Positions 12,275 to 26,349 are shown, numbered from the stretch's first letter. The stretch is DNA of 64,000 nt from Mobula hypostoma (GCF_963921235.1 NC_086097.1:206214001-206278000), one strand, 5' to 3'. Numbers and translations are program-made. Notes: generated by a model from the letters alone, not told the origin.

Positions 12275-12990
12275 CAGTTGTACAGCATGGAAGCAAGTTC
12301 TTTAGCCCAAATTGTCAATGCTGCTAAGATGTCTATTTAAACTAATCCCATTTGGCATATATTTTCTAAACCCTTCCTATCCATGAACTTTAAGTGTCAT
12401 CTCTTTGTGCCTCTACCACTTCCTAAGGCAACTTGTTCTATTCAGCAAACACCTCTCTTGGAAAAACTAACCCTTCAGATTTCCTTAAGTCTCCTTACTT
12501 ACTTATACCTATGCCCTCTATGTTTTTTTAGCCTTTCCTACCCTTGGAAAAAAATGTTACTATATATCATTTCTGTGTCATGCATAATTTTATAAACACC
12601 TTTGAGGTCAACTTTCACTCCACAGCAAACAGTCCCAGCCTATCCAATCACTAACTCAAGCCTTCCAATGCAGGCAATGTTCCTCCGAAACATTTTTGCA
12701 CCCTCTCTAGAATAATCATATTATTCCTATAGCACAGCCACCAAAACTACATACCTTATCCCAAATGTGGCCTAACACCAATTTGTAAACTGTAATGAGA
12801 CGTCCCAAACCCTATACTCATTGCCCTAGCCACTGAAGTCAAGTATACCACATGCCTTTGCCACCACTTGATCAACGTGTGTTGAAATTTCCAGTCATTC
12901 ACTCTGTATATAGGAGCCTTGTTTAACTTCCCAAAATGCATCACTTACCACTTCATAGTGGTAGTTTTTTTAAAATCAGCCATTCCCATG
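12275..12990 (-). mobile_element. Old CR1 3' portion
   Basis: MHFGKLN and VRPHLG remnants plus a CR1 3'UTR on the minus strand. Confidence 0.7.
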
Positions 12991-13914
12991 CCTAATTTCC
13001 CAGTTGTTACCCCATTCTCTAGGCAAAAATGTGTGTAAATCCGTAAAAGTAACCAGTGTGTTATGGAAGATACTATATTCTGAAGATGTACTTCAAGGCA
13101 TTGCTTACACCTGAGCTCTATACCACATTAAGCAATGATCTCTCATGTCTTAGTTTTCTGCTTTATATCACCCAATGTCCTCTAAGTTCCCATACCTGGG
13201 GGCAAAGACTGTGAAATCTGTTGATGACCTACAGCAGAAAGGCAAACAGTTCCCTACACTGCATTGAGATAACAGCAATTCATTGGAGATAAATTTGCCC
13301 GAATAAGACTGAAGATTAGTGCCAGTGTTTTGTTGATTTCTATCACTAAAGCTTAGTTTCAACTGAGAATGCTTAATGAGCTTCGCAGAAATAGAGTTAA
13401 AACTACATTCATAATCTTCCAGAACTTGATTAACTGGCAAAAAAAAGCCACCCATTGAATTAAAATAAAAAACGATCAAAAGAAACAACAGTTGAGCAGA
13501 ACAAATATATTAAAAATCAAAAACATCAGATGCTGAAAATCCAAAATAAAAATGAGAATAAACTGCTGAAAACACAGAGCGTATCAGGCAGCAACTGTGA
13601 AAAGCACAGAGTTAACATTTCAAACTGATGATTCAACATCACAATGCAAATATATTGAAATCATTTCCATCATGCATGTCCTTACTTAACTGGTAATCCT
13701 CAATACATACATCTCTCAAATGACTTATTATTTACTACTTAATCTTACTGTCCTTGTGTTTCCTTAAGGTTGTTATTGGCAGGGGTGGTAATGTGGATAA
13801 ACTCCGACTACCTATTAAATGCTCCCAATGGTGTGCCCCTCAAATGGCCTCTGATAACCAAGTCCAGCTCCTGGTCTTCACATGTGGCTTAGATATTAAG
13901 CCCTAAGGAACATC

Positions 13915-14785
13915 AGATTGCTCTCCCTATTCACTGCTCTGGCTTGCTTATCTAGAAGCAAGAGCACAATATCCATGGTCAATCCTGAAAAATGGGGGCG
14001 TCAAACTGTCCTTGTCCTGTCTGAAAGAAATATCATCTTCAGGTATCCACCATCGACACTGACCCTCTTCTTCCAGCTTACACTCAACATCCACAAGACC
14101 ATGGAACTGATTATAGGCTTCAGGAAGAGAAAAATCGAGGAAACATACACCTCATTGAAGGTGAGGTGAAGTGCAAAGGGTGAGCAGTTTCAAGTTCCTG
14201 GGGGGTGGGGGGGGGGGAGCAACATCTGAGGATCTATCCTGGGTCCAAGATATTGTTGCAATTACAAAAAAGGCATGATAGCAGCTATTATTAATTAGGA
14301 GTTTCAGGATACATGGCATGTCACCAAAGACATTCCACAAATTTCTACAGATGAACTATGGAGAGCATTCTAATTGGTTGCATCATCATCTGGTATGGGG
14401 GTGGGGGGGAAGAAGGACACTGCACAGGATCAGAAAAGAAGCTGCAAAAGTTGTAACCTCAGTCAGCCCCCCCCCCGACCCCCAGCATCGGGGGCATCTT
14501 CAAAAGGCAATGCCTCAAGAAGGCAGCATCACTCATTAAAAATCCTCATCACCCAGGACATGCCCTCTTTTCATTCATGCCCACTTAGTGTCTTGGAAGT
14601 TTCTTCCCCTCTGCTATCACATTTCTGAATGGACAATGAACACTATCCCCGCCACCCCCCCCCCCGCTATTTTCACTACTTACTTAAGTTTCTTTTTCAC
14701 ATATACATCCTATTGTAATTTATACTTTTATTATGTATTGCAATATGCTGCTGCCGCAAAAACAAATTTCATGACATATATATGA
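13915..14785 (+). mobile_element. Rex/Babar-type LINE fragment (its 3' tail resumes at about 23235-23270)
   Basis: LTLNIHKTMELIIGFRK remnant. AACAAATTTCATGACATA (14761-14778) continues as TGCTAGTGATATTAAACCTGATTCTGATTC at 23239. Confidence 0.7.
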
Positions 14786-14799
14786 TCATAATAAGATCA

Positions 14800-15541
14800 A
14801 AATCACCCTATAATTTGAGAAGGTGAAGATAAAGTCAAATGTACAGTATCAGTCTTGCAGTAGTGTAAAGGGAACTATAGAGGTACAAGAGGAGAGCTGA
14901 CCAAAGTTGATTTGAAAAGGACACTAGCAGGGATGACAGCAGAACAACAATGGCTGGAGTTTCTGAATACAATTCAGAAGGCGCAGGATAGACACATCCC
15001 AAAGATGAAGGAGTATTGTAAAGGGAGGTTCAGTCAACCAGGGCTGTCGGGGGAAGTCAAAGACATCATAAAAGCAAAGGAGAGGGCAAATAATAGAGCA
15101 AAAATTAGTGGGAAGTTAGGGGATTGGGAAACTTTTAAAAACCAACAGAAGGCAACTAAAAAGCCATAAAGAGAGAAAAAATGAAATATGAAGGGAAGCT
15201 AGTCAATAATATCAAAGAGGATACCAAGTTTTTTCAAATATATAGAAGTAAAAGAGAGGCAGTGATGGATATTGGGCCACTATACAAAAATGATGGGGAA
15301 AAAGAAATGGCAAAGGAAATTAACAACTATTTTGCATCAGACGTCACTATGAAAGACACTAGTAGTATGCCAGAAATTTGACGTGTCAGGGGGCAGAAGC
15401 GAGTTTTGCTGCTATTATTAAGGAGAAGGTGATTGGAAAGATGAAAGGTTTGAAAGTAGATAAATCATCTGGACCAGATGGACTACACCCCAGGTTTCTG
15501 AAAGAGGCAGCTGAAGAGACCATGAAGACATAAGGAATGAT
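14800..15541 (+). mobile_element. CR1 ORF2 fragment, left half of an interrupted copy
   Basis: EQQWLEFL...KYEGKL...DKSSGPDGLHP; breaks at TGAT 15538-41. Confidence 0.85.
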
Positions 15542-16165
15542 AGACTCAAAGAAAAGTAGGGCAAAGAAATAGGCCCTTTGGCCAATCTAGTCTGTGCTGA
15601 AACATTTAAATTGCCAAGTCCCATCTACTTGTACCTGGACTATTGTCCTCCATATCCCTGCCACCGGTAACAATCCAAACTGCTCTTAAATGTTGAAATT
15701 GAGCTTGCATGTACCACTTGCACTGTTAGCTGATTCCACACTGTCTTGACCCTCTGAATGAAGTTTCCCCTCATGTCCCCTTAGAGCTTTTCACTTTTCA
15801 TCTTTAACCCATTACCTCAAGTTGTAGTTCCACATAACCTCAGTGGAAAAAGCCTTCTTGCATTTATCCTATATATACCCCTCATAATATTATATACCTT
15901 TATCAAATTACCCCTTAATCTTTTACATTCCAAAGAATAAAGTCTTATCCTATTCAATCTTTCCCTATTACTCAAGTCTTCCAGTCCTAGCATCATCTTT
16001 CTATACTTTGATATATGAAGGCCAACGTGCCAAAAGCTTTTTTTCATAACCCTATCTGCCCGTGCTGCTCCTTTTAATGAATTAAGGACCTGTATCCCAG
16101 GTCCCATTTTCCTACTGCACCCCTCAGTGCCCTACCACTCACTGTGTAAGACCTACCCTGGATGG

Positions 16166-18100
16166 TCAGTCAAGTCACATTTTATTGTCATTTTGACCAT
16201 AACTGCTGGTACAGTGCACAGTAAAAATGAGACAACATTTTTCAGGGCCATGGTGCTACATGAAACAATACATAAACTACACTGAACTACGTAAAACAAC
16301 ACAAAAACTACACTAGACTACAGACCTACCCAGGACTGCATAAAGTGCACAAAACAGTGCAGGCATTATAATAAATAATAAACAAGACAATAGGCACAGT
16401 AGAGGGCAGTAGGCTGGTGTCAGTCCAGGCTCTGGGTACTGAAGAGTTTGATGGCTTGGGGGAAAAACTGTTACATAGTCTGGTCGTGACAGCCTGAATG
16501 CTTTGGTGCCTTTTGCAGGAGGGAGAAGAGTTTGTATGAGGGGTGTGTGGGGTCCTTCATAATGCTGTTTGCTTTATGGATGCAGCGTGTGGTGTGAATG
16601 TCTGTAATGGCGGGAAGAGAGACCCCGATAATCTTCTCAGCTGGCCTCACTATCTGCTGCAGGGTCTCGCGATCCGAGATGGTGCAATTTCCGAACCAGG
16701 CAGTGATGCAGCTGCTCAGGATGCTCTTGATACAACCTTTTTAGAATGTGGTGAGGATGGGGGGGTGAGAGATGGACTTTTCTCAGCCTTCGCAGAAAGT
16801 AGAGACGCTGCTGGGCTTTCTTTGCTATGGAGCTGGTGTTGAGAGACCAGGTGAGATTCTCCACCAGGTGAACACCAAGAAACTTGATGCTCTTAACGAT
16901 CTCTACAAAGGAGTCGTCAATGTTCAGCAGAGAGTTGTCGCTCTGTGTCCTCCTGAAGTCAACGACCATCTCTTTTGTTTTGTTCACATTCAGAGACAGG
17001 TTGTTGGCTCTGCACCAGTCTGTTAGCCGCTGCACCTCCTCTCTGTATGCTGACCCATCGGTCTTGCTGATGAGACCCACCACGGTCATGTCATCGGCAA
17101 ACTTGATGATGTGATTCGAGCTGTGTGTGTTGCAGCACAGTCGTGGGTCAGCAGAGTGAACAGCAGTGGACTGAGCACACAGCCCTGGGGAGCTCCCGTG
17201 CTCAGTGTGATGGTGTTGGAGATGCTGCTTCCAATCTGGACTGACTGAGGTCTCCCAGTCAGGAAGTCTAGGATCCAGTTGCAGAGGGAGGTGTTCAGGC
17301 CCAGTAGGCTCAGCTTTCCGATCAGTTTCTGAGGAATGATTGTGTTGAATGCTGAACTGAAGTCTATGAACAGCATTCAAACGTACGTGTCTTTTTTGTC
17401 CAGGTGGGTTAGGGCTAGGTGGAAGGTGATGGCAAAGGCATCATCTGCTGAACGGTTGGAACGGTACAGGAACTGCAGGGGGTCCAGTGAGGGGGGCAGC
17501 AGGATCTTGATATGCCTCATGACAAATCTCTCGAAAGACTTCATGATGATGGATGCGAGTGCAACGGGATGGTAGTCATTGAGGCAGGACACTGAAGACT
17601 TCTTCGGCACAGGTACGATGGTGGCGGCCTTGAAGCATGTAGGAACGATGACGCTGCTCAGGAAGATGTTGGAGATGTCAGTGAGAAGCTCTGCTAGCTG
17701 GTCTACACATCCTCTAAGCACTCTGCCAGGAATATTGTCTGGTCCAGCAGCCTTCCGTGGGTTGACTCTGCACAGGGTTCTCCTCACATTGGCCATGGTA
17801 AGACACAGCACCTGGTTATTTGGAGGAGGGGTGGTCTTCCTCGCCGCCATGTCATTTTCCGCCTCAAAACGAGCATAGAAGTTATTCAACGCATCTGGGA
17901 GGGAGGCATCACCAGTACAGACAGGTGTTGTTGTCTTGTAGTTGGTGATGTCCTGAATGCCCTTCCACATGCGCCGCGTGTCGCCGCTGTCCTGGAAGTG
18001 GCTGTGGATTTGCTGGGCGTGTGCACGCTTTGCCTTTCTGATGGCCCGGGACAGTTTGGGTCTTGCTGTTGTTAGGGCTGCCTTGTCCCCTGCTCTGAAA
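16166..18100 (-). mobile_element. Rex1/Babar LINE, 5'-truncated, fairly young
   Basis: [38 protein letters not shown] and KFADD across 2-3 frameshifted or stop-separated ORFs; AATAAAATGTGACTTGAC tail. Confidence 0.92.
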
Positions 18101-19757
18101 GTTCGAAGTTCAATATCCTGTACTCATCTGTACTGACTTCCATCTGCGATTTTTTAGCTGACTTTTCCAGCTAACCGAGATGCCGATGCATGCTCTGATA
18201 GTCATCTTGCTGTCCATTACACACCCCCGATCCTGTTGTCATCCGCAAATTTACTGCTCCAGTTAAACACATTATCATCCACATTGTTGTTATAGATGAC
18301 AAACTACAATGGACCCAGCACCGATTCCTGTAGCCCTCCACTAGTTAAACAGACAGTCATCCACTACCACTCTCTGGCTTCTCCCACAAAGCCAATGTCT
18401 AACCTAATTTACTACATCTTGGACGCCAAGCGACTGAACCTTCTTGTCCGAACTCTCATGTGGGACCTTGTCAAGTGCCTTGCTAAGGTCCATGTAAGCA
18501 ACATCCACTGCCTTGCCTTCATCAACTTTCTTGGTAACTTCCTCAAAGAACTCTACAAGATCAGTTAGAGACAACCTACCAGGCACAAGGCCATGCTGAC
18601 AATCCCTAATCAGCCCGTCTATCCAAATACTGATGTATCCAGTACCTTGGAATAACTTTTAATAATTTTTCACTACTGATGTCAGGCTCATAGGCCTAGC
18701 ATTTCCTGGTTTATTTTTTGAGCCTTTCTTAAGCAGTGGAATAACATTAGCTATCCTCCAATCCTCTGGTACCTCACCTGTCGCTAAGGATGATTTATAT
18801 ATCTCGGTTAGCGTCCCTGCAATTTTTTCACGTCCTTCAGATAAGCCAAAGGAACACCTCGTGAGGTCCTGGAGATTTATCCACCCTAATTTGCCTAAGA
18901 CAACATACACGTCCCCCTCTTCTGTACTCTGTATAGGGTCAATGATCTCCCTGCTGCATTTTCTCACATCTATATACTATGCCTGTCTCCTGAGTAAATA
19001 CAGATGCAAAAAATCCATTTATGACCTCCTCGATCACTTTTGTGTCACACAGAGATTACCATTTTGATCTTCCAGAGGAGGAATTTTGTCCTTCGCAATC
19101 CTTTTGCTCTTAACATATATATAGAATGCCTTAGGATTCTCCCTCACCTTGTCTGTTAGGGCAACCTCATGCCTTCTTTTAACCCTCCTGATTTCTTTCT
19201 GAAGTGTTCTTTTGCATTTCTTACACTCCATTCATACCTCAATTCTTCCTATCTGGCTATTCCTGCTATGCACCTTTTTTTTCTAAATCAGGGCCTCAAT
19301 ATCTATTGAAAACCAAGGTTCCCTAAACATGTTTTTTTTTATTTTTTATTCTGCCCGTCAAATATCAGCTTTGTACTCTCAAAATTTTTGTAGGCCTCGC
19401 ACTTACCAAGTACACCTTTGCCAGAAAACAGCTTGTCCTAATTCACACTTGCCAGATCCTTACTGATACCTTCAAGATTGGCCTTTCTCCAATTTAAAAT
19501 CTCAACCCATGGACCAAACTATCTATTTCCATATTTATTTTGAAAATAATGGCATTATGATCACTAGATGCAAAGTGTTCCCCTACACAAAATTGTCACC
19601 TATCCGGTCTCATTCCCTAATAGCAGATCAAGTATGATATAAGAAAATTTCCTGAACACATTTGACAAACTCTATTCCATCCAGCCCTTTTACAGTATGG
19701 GAGTTGCAGTCAATATATGGGAAGTTAAAATCACCTATTATTATAACTGTATATTTC

Positions 19758-20612
19758 AAGATTTATTATTAAAGAATGTATAAATTATATCACCACGAGA
19801 TTTGCTTGCTCGCAAGTGGTCACAAAGCAAAAACCTGAAAGAACCCAATAAAAGAAAAAAAATAAAAGACCACAACTTGATGCGCAAGAGAAAAAAAAAA
19901 CATGCGAACAATTAGAGCGAACTATAACAGCATTCCAAACCAAAATTCAGTCCTCAGATCCGAACCCCAAAGCAGCCCAGAGTAGGCCCAAAGCCTTGCT
20001 TATCAGTTCATCATATTAGTGAACACGGAGCACAGCAGCCAGGGCAGTCTTCATAGCCTCAGCCACAGAGAGGAGAATGACCATCGTGGAGCGTGAGCAA
20101 AATTGACTGTTGCCTCCGATCTGGGCTCGCGTTTAAATTGTCTAAACAGCACACTGTACTTTGCACTAGGACCCAGATGCAGTAAAAGGCTTGGGACCTA
20201 GACCATGCCACCCAGCAACTTGCTCCAGACCAAGATTCTGTCCCCAACTGCGGAACCACCACCCCCCCGCCCCCCGCCAACTCCAGCCCAAAGCCACTCT
20301 CAAGCTCTTCGGCGCCGAGGGCAATTCAACTTCACGCCTGGACCAGTTGAACGAGCAGCGGAACTTCTCTGCCTGGGCCCCAAATCTTTTGGCAATCCTG
20401 CCTTGCACCCAGGCTAGCTGTATGGGCATTGGAACTCCATCTGCAACGATTCTGCACCACCACACAAATTCGCCTTGCTATTGCTCACCCCTTCACTGCT
20501 TGCAACGATAATTTAACCCAATTTACCACAGAAAAAGTATTTTTAGTGATGCTTTTAGTCGGATTTCTTTTCAACTACCAGAAGTTGCCACACGTTTGGT
20601 AGCGCCATCTTA
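19758..20612 (-). mobile_element. Non-coding, non-autonomous retroposon with a Rex-like 3' tail
   Basis: Interrupts the CR1 endonuclease region. Starts AAGATGGCG and ends AATAAATCTTGAA; GC-rich middle without a recognisable ORF. Confidence 0.55.
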
Positions 20613-21747
20613 ACCAGAACATTCTGCAATATTCAGCGACCTCTCTACATACCTGTTCCTCTAAATCCCATGGACTGTTGTGAGGTCTATAATATAGCTC
20701 CATTAACATGGTCATACATTTCTTATTCTTCAGTTCCACCCATAAAGCCTCAGTAGACATGTTTTCCAGTCTGTCCTGACTGAACACATCTCCCCCTTCA
20801 GTCCCTCCCGCTCTGCCACATCTAAAACAACAGAACCCCTGAATAGTGAGTTGCCAGTGCGGCCCCACCTGCAACCAAGCCTCACTAATGGCTGCAGTAT
20901 CATAATTCCATGTATTGATCCATGCCCTGAGCTCATCTGCCTTTCCTACCTTCTAATTCCTGACACTGTCTGAGGTCTTAACAACACCTGTCTCCACAAT
21001 CTCTCCACTATCTGTTCTGGCACTCTGGTTCCCATCTCCCTGCAACTTTAGTTTAAACTCCCCCTCCTCCCCCAGTACAGCACTAGTAAACCTTCCTACT
21101 ACGATATTAGTGCCCCTCCAGTTCAGGTGCAAACTGTCTCTTCTGTACAAGTCCCACCTTCCTTGGAAGAGAGCCCAATGATCCAAAAATCTGATGTCAT
21201 TCCTCTAATACCAACTCCTTAGCCATGTGTTAAGTTGTATGATATTCCTATTTCTGGCCTCACTAGCACATAGCATAGGTAGATCCTGCAATCACTAGCC
21301 TGGAGGATCTGTCCTTTCACTTAGCACCTAATACCCCGAAATCTCTTTGCAGAACTCTTCCTACCTATGTCATGGACCACGACCTCTCGCTACTAAACCT
21401 CTCACTTAATGCTGAGGACGCGATCTGAGATGTCTCGGTCCCTGGTAGCTAGATGGCAAAATACCATCCCAGAATCGTGTTCTTGTCCACAGAACCGCCT
21501 TTCTGTCCAATAAATAACGAACCTTCGATCACCACAGTTCGTCTCTTCTCCCCACTTCCCTTCCAAGTCAGAGTCAGGCTCAGTGCCACAGACCCGACCA
21601 CTGTGACTTTCCTCTGCTAGGCCATCCCCGCCCCCAACAGTATCCAAAGTGGTATAGCTGTTGTTGAGGGGGAATGGCCTCAAAGAGAGCTGTGTCTTAT
21701 GTTTTTGGTTGCTGATTGGCCACTGCTTAAAAATGCTGATTGGCCAG

Positions 21748-23235
21748 TGATCTTTCAAAAATGACTAGATTCAGGAATGGTTCCAGAGGAATGAAAAATT
21801 GCAAATGTCACTTCATTGTTTAAGAAGGGAGGGAGGCAAAAGAAAATAAATTATCAGCCAGTCAGCCTGACTTCAGTGTTTGGGAAGATGTTGGAGTCCA
21901 TAATTAAGGGTGAGGTTTCAAGGTACTTGAAGGCACATGTTAAAGTAGGCCAAAGTCAGCATGGTTTCCAACATCCAGCATGGTCAAGAGGAAACCCTGC
22001 CTGACAAATCTGTTGGAACTCTTTGAGGAAACAACAGGCAAGATAGACAAAGGAGAGTCATTGGATGTTGTTTACTTAGATTTTCAGAAGGCTTACGACA
22101 AGGTGCCACAAATGAGATGGCTTAGCAAGATAATAGCCCGTGGTATTACCAGAAAGATACTATGGATATAAGATTGGCTGACTGGCAGAGGGCAAAGAGT
22201 GGGAATAAAGGGGGCTTTTTCTGGCTGGCTGTCAGTGCCTAATAGTGTTCCACAGGGGTTAGTGTTGGGACTGCTTCTTCTCATGTTATATGTAAATGAT
22301 TTAGACGATGGAATTAATGGCTTGGTAGTCAAGTATGCAAGTAATACGAGGATAGGTAGAGGGGCAAGTAGTGTTGTGGAAGCAGGGAAACTGCAGAAGG
22401 ACTTACAGATCAGGAGAATGAGCAAAGAAGTGGCAGATGGAATATAGTCTAGAGAAGTGTATGGCCATGTACCTTGGCAGAAGAAATAAAGGAGTAATCT
22501 ATTTTCTAAACAGGGAGAAAATTCAAAAATCATGGTGCGACGGACCTGGAAATCCTTGTGCAGTATTCCCTAACAGTTAACTTACGAGTTGAGTTGGTGG
22601 TAAATGCAGTGTCACGATTTGTTCCAACTGGACTGGAATGCAAGTCCTAGGATGTAATGCTGAGACTTCATAAGACATTGGTCAGATCACACTTGGAGTA
22701 TTGTCAGCAGTTTTGGGCCCCTCATCAAAGAAAAGATGTGCTGGCAATGGAGAGGGTCCAGAGGAAGTTCATCAGAATTATTTCAGGAATGAAAGGGCTA
22801 ATGTATGAGGAGCTTTTGATTGTTCTTGGCCTGTACTTGCTGGAGTTTAGAAGAACATGGGGGTATCTTATTGACACTATCAAATATTGAAAATTTGGAT
22901 ACAGTGGATGTACGATGTTTCCTATAGTGGATGAATTTAGGACTTGAGGGCATAGCCTCAGGTTAGAGGGACATCCATTTAGAACAGAGGTAGTAAGGAA
23001 GAATTCCTTTAGCCAGAGGGTAGTGAATCTGTGGAATTAATTGCCATGGGCTGCTTGGAGGCCAAGACATTGAGTATATTTAAAGCGGAGGTTGATAGGT
23101 TCTTGATTAATCAGGGTGTCTAAGATTACGGGAGAAAGCAGGAGAATGGGGTTGGAAGGAATGGTCAGCCATGACGGAATGGCATAGAGACAATGGGCTG
23201 AATGGCATAATTCGGATCCCATCTCTTATGGTTTT
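21748..23235 (+). mobile_element. CR1 RT and 3' end, right half of the copy starting at about 14800
   Basis: FKKGGRQK, DFQKAYDKVP, SVPQGLVLG, VRSHLEYC; CR1 3'UTR. Confidence 0.88.
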
Positions 23236-25779
23236 ATATGCTAGTGATATTAAACCTGATTCTGATTCAGCTACCCGGTTAATGCATTCACCTTGTTAGG
23301 ATGCACAGGATTTTCTGCAATCCACTGCTGCTGCTAGCAATAGAGTAAGGTTAAAAACCCACTTCTGAAACATTGATAGGATCTTGGCGAAGCTTGGGAC
23401 AAGCTTTGCTGGTTGGAAAAATTGAAATTGTTTTCAACTTTTTTTAAATGTCTCTGTTATTCACAGAGACATTTACAGATTATTAATATTTTTTAAATAT
23501 ATAAAATCTCTAAAATGCTTATAATTTAAAAGATAAAAGCAAACCATTTTCAAACTATTTTAAATTATCTTCTCCCTCATTTCTAAATCCTTTTTCCCAC
23601 AATCCTCCAGTAAAATCAGTAAATCCTTGAATTGTATGTTGGCTATGACCTGGCAATGTATCCAACAGGCTATTTATAGATTAATGCATGTAAATAGCCA
23701 AATACCAATGATTATAATTGAAATTCTGGGCCCATTGAGTATTTTTTTTTAAAAAGTTCTTAATTGGATATTTTATTCCTTCCTTTGATAATGCTGTTGG
23801 AAATGAAACCCAGAAGGTAAAATCGAGAGCAAGCCGGGTCTCAAGTAGCTGTAAATGTGACTCCATTAACAACCATGTAGCCATCACTAACAACAGCTTC
23901 CAAATTCATTACACACAAAAAAATCACATCAGGAACTTCCACTGAGTTAGAGGCAAAAAAAAATGGCAGATAATATTGATGCCACCCAAAAATTTGGTAT
24001 CATAAATAGGTAGTCAAAACAATTCAACTAATATCGCTACCAGCCCTACTTCATTCTGGCAGCACCAGCAAGTATAATAAAAGTGTAAATCAACCACATT
24101 TGACCAGAAACTATTTCAATGTAAGCAGAATATTTACAGTAAACATGGATTCTCACCATTAGGCAAATTACAGCTTCACTATTTGAGTTAAAAAAATTCC
24201 TATCACTTGTATTTCTAACAATTTTCTTTCGCAAGTTTAAGCACTTATTTTCACACTTCAAATAGTGTCCTATAGCCTACTTTGTGTCTGAGTATCGCAT
24301 TGTCACCTTCTTTCACTCTGCATTATCACCCTTTATTCCTGTTACCACAGAGCTCCCTTTCTCTTCAATTTTATTTCCACAAGACAGTCTTCCTTGCAAC
24401 ATTCCCCTATACCCTGCTTCTCTGCATCTTAAAACATGGCAACAAAATCTCCAATCCTTATTAAAGCTCAGTCTGATAAAGCTTCACGTATGCTAATGAA
24501 CATGGTGAGTTTCCAGCATTGTGTGTCTTCGATACAAATTCTGACACTGACCAACAAATTTTCAAGTTAGTGAAAGGTTTGATGATCTTGCAATCAATGA
24601 TTAGTAATCTTGGAATTTAACCAACAGATAAATTAAAATCATAGTATTTGTTAAAAATCTTATGCAGGTATTAAAGCATGAGAACACTTGGTGCTAAAAT
24701 TGCACTTTTGTTAACTATGAACTGATTTTTTTCTTAAAATTAATGGCTATTAAAGAGATAACAATGAAAAATCATTTTGAAGAGAATTATGAACTGAACA
24801 TATACAAACATTTGTAGTTAAAGCACAATTATACTTTGAGAAGCAACTTGTAGAGATCTGTTTTCTAAACTTATTCATCATCAAAGCAATTAACAACAGA
24901 ATTTTTAGTGAATGAGTGAGCAAGTAAAGGTGATCACCTCCCAATTATTAATTTTCTAACCAAACAGAATGCAGTCTACCACACAGATAGACTAATTTCA
25001 AATATTGTTTCGGGGTTACAAAAATAGCACTTATTTTTAGCACCATCTTTTGTCAGTATGAAAGTTACATCTCTCCAATGTTTTACCATATTTAAAATCT
25101 CATTAAATGGGATTTAATTTGAAAATGACTGACAAGTATAGCAAAACAGCAAGGAATGGAGGCTCTGTATATTTCTAGTTGAGCTACTTTTGACCTATAA
25201 ACGTTACAAAGATAGAAACTTAGGAACTATAGTAATTTCTTTTAATGACAACAGTCATGCTTCCATCTTTTACAAACAATTACACCATATAATTTTTTAT
25301 ACAGTCAACGTTTCATGGAATTAGCATTTCTTGAAAAAAACCTTTTGCATTATTAAAAATGCAGAATTAAAAGGGCCACTGTTATTACAAACCAATTAAT
25401 ATCCAATGAGAAATATTTTACAGTTAGAATTTTATGAGTGAAAAAACACTTTAAATCTGAACAATGTTATTCTTGTTGAGTGCTATTTCCCTGCTGAGAT
25501 TTAATTATACTTACGATACGACTTCTATCTTTACTGCAAGTTGGTGTTGGAAAATTACAAATCAATAAATACATTTCAAAAGCTGTGAAGTTAAAAACAG
25601 ATTCTGTCCTATTCTTCTTATCTAGTAAGCATTAGTGAGTAATATAAAACATCCAAATTGCCAAACTGAATATTCACCTTGATATGAAAAACTTAGCAAT
25701 AGGAAGATCAAAATGTTGTGATGAATTGGGAGAACAACAATTTATGTAATTTTGTGACTTACCTGCATGTCTACCATTA

Positions 25780-26072
25780 CGTCTCCTATGGTGGGGGAGT
25801 CTAGGACCAGAGGACACAGACTCAGAATCAGAATACAGGGGTGTCCTTTTAGAATGGAGATAAGGAGGAATTTCTTTAGCCAGAGAGCGGTGAAGCTGCG
25901 GAATTCGTTGCCACAGGCAGAGAGATTCTTGACTAGTCAAGGCATGAAGGGATATGGGGAGAAGGCAGGAAACTGGGGCTGAGAGAAATAATGGATCAGC
26001 CATGATGAAATGGGGGAGCAGACTCAGTGGGCCAAATGGCCTAATTCTGCTCCTATATTTTATGGTCTTATA
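25780..26072 (+). mobile_element. CR1 3' fragment
   Basis: GESRTRGH...FRMEIRRNFFSQR; CR1 3'UTR. Confidence 0.85.
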
Positions 26073-26349
26073 GTCAGGATTAAGAAAATGTTGCCCTGGG
26101 GAGATCCTCAGGATAATGGATGTCTAAAATTCCCTGCAACAGTCCAAAAGGACTGTTGCACAAGGAATGATGTTGTCATGCACATGGTGAATAATGACTG
26201 AAAGAGCTGAATCAATTTCACAGTTAACATGATTTTGCCCATAAATGATCAAAAATGCATAGTGGTGAAATGAAAACATCTCTATGCAATCCAATTTTTT
26301 CGGCTGATGAGCATTTGGAAATCTACAACTTGCACAACAATAAATGAAA

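Larger units (their letters stand above)
15542..21747 (-). mobile_element. Long decayed CR1 (ORF1 esterase + ORF2 endonuclease/RT) with nested insertions
   Basis: ORF1 SGNH-esterase remnant DHWALFQGRWDLYRRDSLHLN, endonuclease remnant EALWVEL...YYRP, RT remnants, and 3' tail near 15545. Flanked by duplicated TGAT. Confidence 0.85.

Noticed and set aside
13775..13910. Possible RTE-type 5'UTR with an HDV-like ribozyme (TTCACATGTGG)
   Set aside because: Could not build the nested double pseudoknot (P1/P2/P3) from this copy.
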